A stretch of DNA of 64,000 bases from Phoronis australis (lineage: Eukaryota; Animalia; Phoronida), in contig NMRA01000871.1 of assembly GCA_002633005.1 (NCBI GenBank), positions 7,274 through 71,273 on the forward strand, read 5' to 3'. The notes under the pieces were generated by a model. The model made no database searches and was not told where the DNA came from. It saw nothing but the letters and a program-made list of their open reading frames with translations. This document shows, piece after piece, positions 55,601-64,000 of the stretch (positions are counted from its first letter, which is position 1; every line of letters starts with the position of its first letter). The position numbers were made by a program, and so were the translations under genes.

Positions 55601-56003
55601 AAGATTATTCAGTTGTCCATTTGGTCTCGTGCATTGAATACGCTAAATCTGACTGAATTGCGGGAATTGTGTACTGGTGCTCGTCTCGAACAGACATTGG
55701 CACTCTCTTCATTGTTAACAGTCGTTGTTCGTAAACATCATTTTGTCAGTTGCTCGCTTCGTTTGCGGCGAAACGACAAAGGTAACTCGTTTTACTATGT
55801 TTTGAAGCCAGTGATTGGAATGAACTTAAGATGCAGACAATACGGCACTTGCTTATAGTGGACATTCTTACTGGAGGTACAGTACATGTATGAACGTGGC
55901 TTCATCATTTTTTTCGAACTTATTCCAGGAACAGTACAAGTCCCTTTACTTGATGGCTCAGCGGTTTTTGGAGTCCTTTGAAACTTACGCGAACTTCCAG
56001 TAA
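19468..56003 (+). CDS. Receptor-type protein tyrosine phosphatase gene (EGF + ~12 FN3 + TM + tandem PTP D1/D2), 34 traced exons, 5'-incomplete
   Basis: All exons are bounded by AG/GT, phases chain without stops, total 6257 nt. PTP motifs: [40 protein letters not shown]. Signal-peptide exon not found. Confidence 0.93.
21395..21445 (-). mobile_element. tRNA-derived SINE head (internally deleted)
   Basis: Minus strand A box tagctcagtggt and B box ggttcgattccc. Confidence 0.55.
22010..23400. mobile_element. Foldback/MITE-like element with long degenerate inverted arms
   Basis: 22010-22500 is an imperfect reverse complement of 23150-23400; related ends at 23400-23460 and 58355-58410. Confidence 0.55.
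22790..22868 (-). mobile_element. tRNA-like sequence (SINE head or tRNA pseudogene)
   Basis: Minus strand gctgcgtggtgtagtggtaaag...cccgggtacgaccccg; A box and degenerate B box. Confidence 0.5.
24090..24501. mobile_element. MITE with long TIRs
   Basis: aacctgggcccggtctctaatcttt ... aaagattggagaccggacccaggtt; a partial relative lies at 21826-21990. Confidence 0.75.
25638..25946 (+). CDS. RPTP exon: FN3 repeat 1
   Basis: LSVRWTAW...VEKYIIEY...YLVRIKI; phase 1-1. Confidence 0.88.
26400..26464 (+). CDS. RPTP exon: FN3 repeat 2, N-half
   Basis: [22 protein letters not shown]; tttcag/gtaaga, phase 1-0. Confidence 0.82.
27131..27341 (+). CDS. RPTP exon: FN3 repeat 2, C-half
   Basis: [17 protein letters not shown]...WQVRVRTFN; phase 0-1. 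Confidence 0.85.
28957..29262 (+). CDS. RPTP exon: FN3 repeat 3
   Basis: APSQVEDL...[19 protein letters not shown]...[14 protein letters not shown]; gtgagt donor. Confidence 0.92.
30521..30823 (+). CDS. RPTP exon: FN3 repeat 4
   Basis: APSGKVSV...[11 protein letters not shown]...[14 protein letters not shown]. Confidence 0.92.
31201..31506 (+). CDS. RPTP exon: FN3 repeat 5
   Basis: VLAPVSSL...[18 protein letters not shown]...[10 protein letters not shown]. Confidence 0.92.
32956..33558 (+). CDS. RPTP exon: FN3 repeats 6-7
   Basis: 603-nt exon, APSAAPQNV...[12 protein letters not shown]...[15 protein letters not shown]. Confidence 0.93.
33963..34580 (+). CDS. RPTP exon: FN3 repeats 8-9
   Basis: 618-nt exon, [11 protein letters not shown]...LEPWTNYTV...[14 protein letters not shown]. 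Confidence 0.93.
34817..35119 (+). CDS. RPTP exon: FN3 repeat 10
   Basis: APSAPPQNA...[11 protein letters not shown]...[13 protein letters not shown]; gtaagt donor. Confidence 0.92.
36909..37159 (+). CDS. RPTP exon: FN3 repeat 11
   Basis: VPPAPSDL...[15 protein letters not shown]...[11 protein letters not shown]; phase 1-0. Confidence 0.9.
37554..37620 (+). CDS. RPTP exon: end of FN3 repeat 11
   Basis: [22 protein letters not shown]; phase 0-1. Confidence 0.85.
38081..38190 (+). CDS. RPTP exon: FN3 repeat 12, N-half
   Basis: [10 protein letters not shown]...[18 protein letters not shown]; phase 1-0. Confidence 0.88.
38889..39048 (+). CDS. RPTP exon: FN3 repeat 12, C-half
   Basis: [22 protein letters not shown]; phase 0-1. 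Confidence 0.88.
39390..39607 (-). mobile_element. tRNA-headed SINE carrying a hammerhead ribozyme-like domain
   Basis: A box tagtgtggtggt and B box ggttcaaatcc, then acac-CTGGCGA...cgacc-GAAA-cgtcttgac...gacaagatGTC-ggtgt. Confidence 0.65.
39990..40110 (+). ncRNA. Second, inverted copy of the hammerhead-like SINE body
   Basis: cac-CTGATGA-tgg...caacc-GAAA-cgccttgt...acaag; homologous to the reverse complement of 39400-39518. Confidence 0.55.
40977..41085 (+). CDS. RPTP exon: membrane-proximal FN3-like region, part 1
   Basis: DVPKIQIP...[14 protein letters not shown]; strong polypyrimidine acceptor, gtaagg donor, phase 1-2. Confidence 0.85.
41245..42047. mobile_element. Possible degenerate Kolobok-type MITE
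   Basis: ttaa-aggtgttcgacaca at left versus tgtgtcgaacctcct at right, with weak further inverted similarity. Confidence 0.35.
42334..43210. mobile_element. MITE with TIRs and subterminal CGACCC repeats
   Basis: gattgttctgaaaccccct ... agggggtttcagaacaatc; C-rich left arm, G-rich right arm. Confidence 0.7.
43978..44233 (+). CDS. RPTP exon: membrane-proximal region with furin-type site
   Basis: FYLIVVER...MRRRRSV...YITA...[23 protein letters not shown]; phase 2-0. Confidence 0.92.
44450..44513 (+). CDS. RPTP exon: extracellular stalk
   Basis: [21 protein letters not shown]; phase 0-1 bridges the flanking exons. Confidence 0.75.
45647..45799 (+). mobile_element. CAGGGGCGGATCCAGG-type MITE
   Basis: caggggcggat...acccaccactg flanked by a tacat direct repeat; inverted relative at 55348-55502. 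Confidence 0.7.
46274..46379 (+). CDS. RPTP exon: transmembrane helix
   Basis: [24 protein letters not shown]; gtaagc donor. Confidence 0.92.
46965..47033 (-). mobile_element. tRNA-derived SINE head
   Basis: Minus strand tggctcagtggt (A box) and gagtttgaatgc (B-box-like). Confidence 0.5.
47150..47229 (+). CDS. RPTP exon: basic stop-transfer/juxtamembrane
   Basis: [27 protein letters not shown]; donor gtcagt (an in-phase alternative donor follows 47223). Confidence 0.75.
47521..47723 (+). CDS. RPTP exon: Pro-rich juxtamembrane and wedge
   Basis: [34 protein letters not shown]...LADEYK. Confidence 0.88.
47820..47952 (+). repeat. Imperfect (TG)n microsatellite
   Basis: tgtgtttgtgtgtgcg runs. 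Confidence 0.9.
48389..48476 (+). CDS. RPTP exon: PTP D1 motif 1
   Basis: 88-nt exon, [12 protein letters not shown]. Confidence 0.92.
48671..48784 (+). CDS. RPTP exon: PTP D1
   Basis: RVIL...[23 protein letters not shown]. Confidence 0.95.
49237..49334 (+). CDS. RPTP exon: PTP D1
   Basis: [33 protein letters not shown]. Confidence 0.95.
49519..49641 (+). CDS. RPTP exon: PTP D1
   Basis: RKCEVYWPD...YGDINVTL...DYVARTF. Confidence 0.95.
49894..50051 (+). CDS. RPTP exon: PTP D1 WPD loop to VHC
   Basis: [13 protein letters not shown]...PTVVHC; phase 0-2. Confidence 0.93.
50496..50631 (+). CDS. RPTP exon: PTP D1 P-loop and Q-loop
   Basis: [11 protein letters not shown]...[12 protein letters not shown]; AAG acceptor, 136 nt. 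Confidence 0.95.
50612..50699 (+). repeat. 3 x 28-bp tandem repeat spanning an exon/intron boundary
   Basis: ttaacatggtgcagacctgggtatgtta at 50612, 50640 and 50668. Confidence 0.95.
51909..52058 (+). CDS. RPTP exon: D1 end and D1-D2 linker
   Basis: [19 protein letters not shown]...LQKEFQ. Confidence 0.93.
52815..52914 (+). CDS. RPTP exon: PTP D2 motif 1
   Basis: [17 protein letters not shown]; gtgagt donor. Confidence 0.92.
53096..53172 (+). CDS. RPTP exon: PTP D2
   Basis: [22 protein letters not shown]. Confidence 0.93.
53547..53681 (+). CDS. RPTP exon: PTP D2
   Basis: [31 protein letters not shown]. Confidence 0.95.
54039..54170 (+). CDS. RPTP exon: PTP D2
   Basis: [20 protein letters not shown]...IHRTF. 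Confidence 0.92.
54685..54848 (+). CDS. RPTP exon: PTP D2 (WPK loop, VHC)
   Basis: [18 protein letters not shown]...PVTVHCL. Confidence 0.93.
55189..55324 (+). CDS. RPTP exon: PTP D2 degenerate P-loop
   Basis: [10 protein letters not shown]...[18 protein letters not shown]. Confidence 0.94.
55348..55502 (-). mobile_element. CAGGGGCGGATCCAGG-type MITE copy
   Basis: cagtggcagattcagagggggg ... caaaatcctggatctgcgctg. Confidence 0.6.
55929..56003 (+). CDS. RPTP terminal coding exon
   Basis: [24 protein letters not shown]-stop (TAA 56001-56003). Confidence 0.9.
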   Translation, partial: EQYKSLYLMAQRFLESFETYANFQ

Positions 56004-56615
56004 GGGAAAACGTTTGCTACGGCAAGAAGACAGACATGTGACTGTTTGTTAATCTACGTGCGTCAGAAGTAATGCGTGATTCACTTCATGGAAGTTGTAT
56101 AAGCGGTCCCCCAGTCTGCTACAAAAGTGGAGGGATCACTGTNTACTCTGTCCTGGCTCCCCCTAACTCAAAATCCTGGATCTGCGCTTTTGTTTCATAA
56201 AGTCCTTCTCGCAGTGTTGTGACAGCGTGTATATACTAAAGTGCAGCAAGCAAGTGTAAGGAATTCAGCTTCGGCTACTGTTCTTAAAAGGTTATTCAGT
56301 TGTCCATTTGGTCTCGTGCATTGAATACGCTAAATCTGACTGAATTGCGGGAATTGTGTACTGGTGCTCGTCTCGAACAGACATTGGCACTCTCTTCATT
56401 GTTAACTGTCGTTGTTCGTAAACATCATTTTGTCAGTTGCTCGCTTCGTTTGCGGCGAAACGACAAAGGTAACTCGTTTTACTATGTTTTGAAGCCAGTG
56501 ATTGGAAGGAACTTAAGATGCAGACAATACGGCACTTGCTTATAGTGGACATTCTTACTGGAGGTACAGTACATGTATGAACGTGGCTTCATCATTTTTT
56601 TCGAACTTATTCCAG

Positions 56616-56690
56616 GAACAGTACAAGTCCCTTTACTTGATGGCTCAGCGGTTTTTGGAGTCCTTTGAAACTTACGCGAACTTCCAGTAA
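56616..56690 (+). CDS. Second copy of the terminal coding exon (probably a redundant haplotype)
   Basis: Identical to 55929-56003, inside a direct duplication joined by a single N at 56143. Confidence 0.45.
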   Translation, partial: EQYKSLYLMAQRFLESFETYANFQ

Positions 56691-57147
56691 GGGAAAACGT
56701 TTGCTACGGCAAGAAGACAGACACTCATGTGACTGTTTGTTAATCTACGTGCGTCAGAAGTACGGCGTGATTCACTTTATGGAAGTTGTATAAGCGGTCC
56801 CCCAGTCTGCTACAAAAGTGGAGGGATCACTGTGCAAGATAATCAGCCTTGATAAAACAAAGAATGCTTGTGTGTTATACATGTACTTTGTACGGATGAC
56901 TTACTAGTTAAAATTTTGGTCGTAAGGTTTTGGATAATGCTTTAATATATAGCGCTTGTATTATGTGGTTGTTCTGAAAATTTATTTGATAATTTTCATA
57001 AGAATTTGAAAAATATGTTAGATTATGTTTTCAATTCATAATGACGCCTTTAATCCATTGAGATGTAGTATAGTCAAAGTGACGTCATTAGACCAATCAA
57101 TTTGGGTGCTTATATCAATTTTATGCAGAAAATATATTAGTCACTCT

Positions 57148-57157
57148 AATAAATAAA
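57148..57157 (+). promoter_or_regulatory. Candidate polyadenylation signal
   Basis: Overlapping AATAAA hexamers ~460 nt after the stop of the second copy. Confidence 0.4.
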
Positions 57158-59051
57158 TGCTGCACAATTTCATATAACACTATATCATTTATAAAAGAGC
57201 TTATTTTATTAAAATTTATTTTAAAATCAATCACATTCAGGGGTTTCTTGTTGTTTTTTGTAGCGTATTCATTTCGAAAATGATAATGACACTGTTTCGT
57301 GAGCTTCCAGGTTTCATTCACGTATGAATGAATACGGTAAATTTAGTATACATTGTACTAACCCTGAGCTTACATGTACATTATATGCAACACATTCCTT
57401 GTATAAAATATTTTTTATGTTTTGATTGACCTTGCCTTATGTATACTGGTCGCTAAAATGTGAATACTGTTAATTTGGCATGCGATTAAGTGATGAACAT
57501 TGTCCTATTTTGAGGTGCGAGGCTTGCAGGAAATCCATCATACAGACCACCTGGTGGCCGCAAATGTAATTGTCGGTCCTTCAGCCTTTGATTTTGTATT
57601 AGAATCTGGTAAACAATACGTTCAGATTTTTCATCATACTAATCTCTATCATATGTATGCGAACATCGTGTCGTAGCTTAGTATTTGCTTTCAAAGGTTA
57701 CAGAAACAGAAGGCAGCCGAAGAGTGTGGTCACTATATTAATATAAATAGGCCCTGATCTCCGGCGCCTTTCCGCGACGCTCTCCATATTAATATAGCTG
57801 CCACACTTTTGAGGTACGAAGTTCAATTGATTGCCTGTGTCATTTTAATGAGAACCAGTCATTTTGAATAATAATTTGTTATGTGATTTTAAAAATTCTT
57901 GTTCATAAAGATCTTGTTTACATAGTAAACAATGTTTTGGATTGATTCGGTTTAGGATATATGGCACGATATAGGGTAAAGTGAAAACGCGCATTTTAAA
58001 ATGTGTCGGTTATTGACGGTGAAATCGACACATTTCGTTTCGCAACTAAAACCCGCAAAAACTTGCTGATTAAACTACGATCACCGACTGGATCGTCACT
58101 TTCCGGCAGCGGTACAGCGGGAGCGAACTCATTCTCCCAGTTGGTCCTCGATCTGCCAACCCGTGGGTAATGGATACTGGCATGAACACAGATGACTTTA
58201 CACTGAGTTTTCGTCTGTCAATGAACAGCTGTAGATAAAATAACATCAATTTGCGGACACTATGCTTGGCAATCTCAACTCCAGTCCGGACTTCCAAAAT
58301 TCCCCATGCATGTACATGTAGATGTACACGAACAGTGTAGATTATTACAGTGTACATGGCGATATCGTTATCCCCCGCAATCTAGAGCGGGAGTGGGTTT
58401 TGGAGAATTAACCACCTAAGATAGAACATTAACGTAACATTGTTTAAACGTGTGATACACCGTAAAATGTGACAATTTTTTAAAATGTAACATATATTAC
58501 ATTATACGCCATTGTTATATTTTCCGTCGCTTAGCCTCTCCTAAAATGTAACACGTTGTTACAGTTTACATAATAGCTACATTTTATGTCGAATGTCCAT
58601 GCGAGGAATGTACCATTGTTGCATTTTACGAAACCATAGTCATATCACAAAGTAAATAACCAAAAACCAACAAGTAATATGTGTCACAACCGAAAGTATT
58701 CGAGTATTTTTGTACGGGGAATGAAGCCCGAAAATTCGGATAACCACCCATTTAGAGAGAGGTCTCGGACAAAAATGACCCATTCAAAGAGTAATTTTGT
58801 GTAAAATTTCACATATTCTTTGCACAGTTGTTTTCCAGAAATTTAGAAAAGGCACCCTTTTAGATAGTATTTTGTAGCAAATTGCAACATTTTGGAGAGT
58901 AGTTTTGCTGTAAAAAAACCCTTTTGGACGGCACTTTTCGTGTACCTCTTCTATAAGACGACCCTCCGAGATGACAGGTCATCAATTTGGTAAGCTATTT
59001 TCATCATCATCATTGTTATCATGATCATCATTGTCATCGTTATCTTTCTTG

Positions 59052-59197
59052 CATGGGCGGCGCAGCAATGAAATAAGTGGGAAAGGTATAGACCCCTAGC
59101 CCCCAAATGATGCGCCACCCATGAAGTCTATGAGCGGACCAGCAATGAAATAATTGGATAGGTCTAACCCCCAGTCCCCTTTGGGGCGCCGCCGTTA
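59052..59197 (+). mobile_element. Two adjacent mini-MITE copies (CATGGGCGG family)
   Basis: catgggcggcgca...tgcgccacccatg, followed by a more degenerate copy. Confidence 0.6.
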
Positions 59198-60846
59198 CTT
59201 AAGTTATTTAACAAGGACACGGTGCAATATACACAATACTTGCTTACCAATGTGCTAATACATTATGGTCCTCAAAGATATTAAAATCATCTCAGCTACA
59301 TGTATGTTTTAACGTTTCTACGGGGCTGCCCATAATGGACAGCGAATGCTGTTTTGAAAGGATTTAAAGGGGTTCCTAGGTTCAGCCTTAACGATATCGT
59401 AATAAACGTATCGACAGCTGTGATTGCAGAGTAGGCCTCCTTTTTGGAACTGAGGAGATTGAGATTGAAAATCTCGTTTAGACGTGTGACAACTTCAAAA
59501 TTTGATTTTTTCTGACGTATCTTTAGATTAACACGAAAAAAATGAAATCAGACTGTATTCTTTGACTTGCGACATATGTCTAATTGACGTGAAGATACCT
59601 ACAGTCAGATCATTTTTGTCTCTTGTTAATTTCAAAGAACTGAGGCTAGTTCCACGAGGATTTGTAAGTTCAAAAATTGCGTTAAATGAAGTCCGGAGGC
59701 AGACATTTTTAGAGAACTAGCGACCAGTCGGCTATGGCTGAGGTCATGGGGTCATTAGAATAGCTGGTATGACGACATACACAACACACAACAATTTTGT
59801 TTGGAACTGGCGCCTATATTCTTAGAAGAAAACATTGGTTTGAACTAAGTTTCATTGAGCGTGGGTCTTATATGCAATTCATACGTAAGTGCGTACTAAA
59901 AGTAAATTTAGCCACAAATATGAGGTACCTCTACATGTACGTCGCATAATTTCTATTTCTCAGTGGTCGGTGTATTTTATGTTGCGTCTCATAGCCGGTC
60001 GACTAAATCAGAATATTGTTGCAAAAGTAAAGTTTGACTTCCAAATTTCGCAGCGAAGTTTTACGAACAACTTCACTTCACTTTGACAAATTTGGCAGTT
60101 TCCCTTCTTGCATACAAAACTCTTTAAAAATACGGCACTGTTGTCGATTAACTGGCTTGAATATGGGCGAGTCTGAATCAAGCTACAGTAGCGAAATGTC
60201 CACACCGTGTTTTAACCATTCTTTTGAAATCAAGATGTTCATAGCCCTGTGCTAACAACATGAAATTGTGTTCGACCTATCTACTTGAATCGCCAAAAGC
60301 GTTGAAGAGGCAAAAACTAGCATATTACATGTAGTTTGCATTACTTTAACTGGGCAATGTGGAAAGTGAAGATGTGACCCGTACTTTGATTTGCTGAAAT
60401 TAATAACTGTGTGAAACTGAAATTGAATACATTTAAAATTGACACTGGACGCAAGAGGTCACGACGATCCCGATGCGTTGGAAAGCAATCAGGCATCTTG
60501 TGGAAATCATGCACAAACAAGCATCGAGAATTCCTTTATCATTTTTCTAAACATCTTACGCGTGTGTACTACATGTGCGCAGTTGTGACTTTTTTGAATT
60601 TTGCGAACTGAACCAACCAAACAAAAGCTGCTTGAATACCCAGTTTGTGTTCTGAATCGTGGAATATGAGCAGCAAATTACTGAGATGTGTCTGGTTTTT
60701 AAATCTTAGTCAATAGATCAACTAAGGCAATGAATGATGATTCAGTTTAGATTAGGAAAACTTGTTTCATCAGTTTGCCACATCACATGATAATTAGTTT
60801 TGTAGATCACAACAAAACATGCACTGCCTCCTAGACGCAAACCCGT

Positions 60847-61142
60847 TTCTTGGTTTGTTACTGTCTTTCCATAAGCACTGTTACCCCAGTAGGCTTCATC
60901 GACTACGCTAAAATAGCTTTGTTTTTGTCCGTGACCCTTTCCGCCTAGCGTCGCTGACTTCCTCACCAAAACGTTCCAGGGCATTTTACTGGAGCCAATT
61001 CGAGCATTTGATATATTTTCCGTATTCTACAGGCCGTGTTCTTAGTACCATTTCAGTAGCGAGGTTACCAACCGAATGAACTTCCCACAACCGGTTGTCG
61101 TGGTCGGTTTAAGATTTCTCTCTTCTCGCGTAGATATACATG
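60847..61142 (-). pseudogene. Decayed Polinton/Maverick-type (protein-primed) DNA polymerase B fragment
   Basis: Frameshifted: LVTSLLKWY*EHGL/IRKIYQMLELAPVKC/ERFGEEVSDARRKG/DKNKAILA*SMK/(LL)GNSAYGKTVTNQE; PolB KxxxNSxYGK motif. Confidence 0.8.
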
Positions 61143-61399
61143 TACGAAAATCCAATTTAACTCAGGACATTGGACATTGAATAATTTATCACTTGGATAA
61201 TGGTGTCTGAGCCCCTTGATGATTTTTGTAGTGTTTTATATTATACTTTGCTATTAATAAACGTTGAAACAACATTAACCTTATGTTCTATTTTAGGTGG
61301 TTGCAATATCTCATTATAAGTTGATATTCTATTTTATGTAATTACAATATCTACTCATTAGTACCGTTCACGTGACATCTGCATGTATTGTTGAGATAT

Positions 61400-61470
61400 C
61401 ATGGGCGGCACCACGCTGAAATTAGTGGAGGGCTATAGCCCTCTTAGCTCCCTATAGTGCACCGCCCATG
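61400..61470 (+). mobile_element. 71-bp mini-MITE with 7-bp TSD
   Basis: CATGGGCGG...CCGCCCATG flanked by GAGATAT on both sides. Confidence 0.8.
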
Positions 61471-64000
61471 GAGATATGAGAGAACAAAGGGGATAACACA
61501 ACGACGAGACGTGGTGCACGCAAAATAAGGGAATCAACCATTTGTTCTTATTCAGGACGCAGCATAATCCCTATTTTGTTTCCACTCTACACCAGTTAAA
61601 CAATACAAACAAAACGCTCTAACTTATCTCAGTCATATGACTTCCGATTCCACCTCGTTTTCCTATCGGTTTGCCGACGTTTTCCGGTTGACATTGGATC
61701 GAGGTTCTCTTTAACGAAGAATGGTGAGTGTTAACCAAGACCCCTTTTGTACTACTGTCGTCACCCGAATTGTGGCACCCGTAGTAGAGGTCCTGAGAAT
61801 TCTCGAATCGAGTTCATGAAATAGTCAGTGGAAAGCCTGCATGGCAACGGGAACCCCAAATGGCGAACCAATTTGTATTGCTGGACGTTCAGTTATTATT
61901 TTTGTAGAAACAAAATGTCGTTAAAAATGATATGTAGTGTTACCTTCATCTAGGTAATTTTAAGTATCATATTATTCGAAATGTATGACCCAGGCCCGGT
62001 GTATTGTCTCGTGAAAAACTACGGGAAGTTTTCGAGAATTTTTTTTAATAGTTCTGGCTATGCCAGTGAACCACAGAATACTATTTACTGTACTACATCA
62101 TGTGCTAAACTTTTTCGCACCAATGAATCAAAGACATTTATCAACTTGGAAAAACAGGCAAGAATAGTCCAGCTAAAATGTGCTGTAACCCGGATTTGGT
62201 AAAATATTATAACTGGTGCTGATCTTGCATTGAAATGGATAAAAATAAAATTGTAATTAGGCTCTGAACAAGACTAGACCAAGTAGGATACTAGTACCAG
62301 CCGTTTACACAACTGGTAACTCGACTCTGGATAATGCCAGGCCACAGACGGTGCTGTTTTTCAATGGGACTATTTATGGATATGCAGGCAAATCTTTGAC
62401 AAGTGTGAGTCAATTTTGACCAAAAAACATACCTCTGTGGCCGACATGAGCTAATTTATGGTTGTATTTCAAAATTAAAGAAAAAATGCAACAGTTGAAT
62501 TAATATTCAGGCACGTTCCCTATCAGTCAGCAGACGCTTTATCACGTGCATAAACCAAACGGGAAGCTGAAACGCAAATACAGCTGCCGTTGCATAGTAG
62601 TGTGGCCGGTGCAGTAGCAGACGTAGGACTTCAGACACTCAGCTGATCAAAAATGTTTATAATGCAACCTCAGTATTCACTATGTAAAATATCACAGATC
62701 AATTCTTAATTCTGAATTTTTGAGGATTGATGAAGGTTACAATGCAGAGCATTATTCTGTGGATCGTCTGATGTTACTTAAATCTCATCAATAGGTCAAA
62801 TCAGTGGTTTACTAGGTTTGTGAATTCTCATGACCTCAAATACGGGCTCCAGCATGCGCGTGATGTCTGTTAAAATTTATCATTCTGTCTCTCTGTCAGG
62901 TCCAATTATACATACTACGTAATCGCATGTGGTGTCATCACCACTTCCTTCCGGTTGGTGGACGATGCCCCTTCCGGTTGCACTAAACACACCTATAACC
63001 TTTGGTCTATGACGTCTGTTCTTGGCCCACTTCAAGCAGGTCGCCTAAACAAATTGTATCGAACTTACAACAATATATTTGGATTTATGAAACCAATAAA
63101 CATTACCACCGCAATAGTCATTTATTGCACTGCAGCAATAAGGTTCTGTTCAGTCAAATATGAGTATTTTTTTAAATTGTTCTCAAAACAATGAAAAAAC
63201 TTAGAGCCCCGAAACAATACTGCAACTGCTGTGAACATGGACTTTTATCAATTTTATGATAAATGTCTTTATATTATCTACCTAAAATAGCTAAGAACTG
63301 TTCACATGGGGCGTTTTTAAGAAACGTCTGCACCTGGATCAGCCTTAACGCCATCTGATACTTCGATTCATTTCCAACAATCGTGTAGTTTTAATGAAAA
63401 ACGCTTAAAGGCCACGGACATATGGTGCCAAAATGACTATTTTTACATCTAAAATACATTTATTGATGAAAGAAATCAAAAGAGTGTGTCATAGCATACC
63501 CCAGTCGTTAATTAAGTAGGCCTTCGACACTACAGTAGCCCCATCACGAACCCTATTTAGCGCCAAAAAAAAATTGAGACGGCGCTCTCGCCGATCGAAG
63601 TCTGTGACATCATCGTTACCGCGAATTTGGCTTTCATCGTGTCTCCACAGTATTGGAATCAGCGATGACTGGCCATTTAATTTTGTGGAAAATACGCGAA
63701 AAATCAAGGAAACATTAATTTTCCATTTCATGTCAGTTAATATTAAAATTTATCAAAATAATTACCTTTAGAATTTTTTATTCAATTATCTAGCACCTAT
63801 TCTAATACGGGCCCGTGTGGGAATTCCCGCGAGTGTGACTGGGGCCGTCGAAACAGCCGGAAAAACAAAACGCTTCGTCTGAAATTTTATCGGCAATATC
63901 ACAATGATTGTTTTGAAGAGTACTTTGCTAGATACAAAAACTTTAATGTGATGAACTTTGCATTCATGTCTTATTGAAGCCGAAGGTGTGAAAGGTGCGC

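Larger units (their letters stand above)
55457..56833 (+). repeat. ~690-bp direct duplication (55457-56142 / 56144-56833)
   Basis: Near-identical copies with a few substitutions and a small indel; N at the junction. Confidence 0.92.

Noticed and set aside
55613-56545. Two near-identical 81-aa ORFs
   Set aside because: Intronic sequence within the duplicated block; non-ATG start, no motif

Overview
Eukaryotic, AT-rich, intron-containing animal DNA, probably a marine invertebrate (inference). The window is dominated by one + strand multi-exon gene for a large receptor-type protein tyrosine phosphatase. I traced 34 phase-compatible GT-AG exons from 19468 to 56003, about 2085 codons, 5'-incomplete. 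Architecture: one EGF-like module, about 12 FN3 repeats plus a membrane-proximal FN3-like region with an RRRR|S furin-type site, a transmembrane helix, a Pro-rich juxtamembrane segment, PTP D1 ([10 protein letters not shown] intact, WPD changed to WAD), pseudo-PTP D2 (HCLDGCMRSG) and a C-terminal YANFQ. Flanks and introns hold many mobile-element relics: a TTAA-flanked Kolobok-like THAP element with ~270-bp TIRs, a spliced KolX/P2X7-ballast-like pseudogene, Penelope RT and GIY-YIG fragments with hammerhead cores, a tRNA-headed SINE carrying a hammerhead ribozyme-like fold, a decayed Polinton/Maverick-type DNA polymerase B fragment, several MITEs and a 52-bp minisatellite. The duplicated last exon sits across a single N and is probably an assembly artefact. 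All calls come from manual reading; no searches were run.
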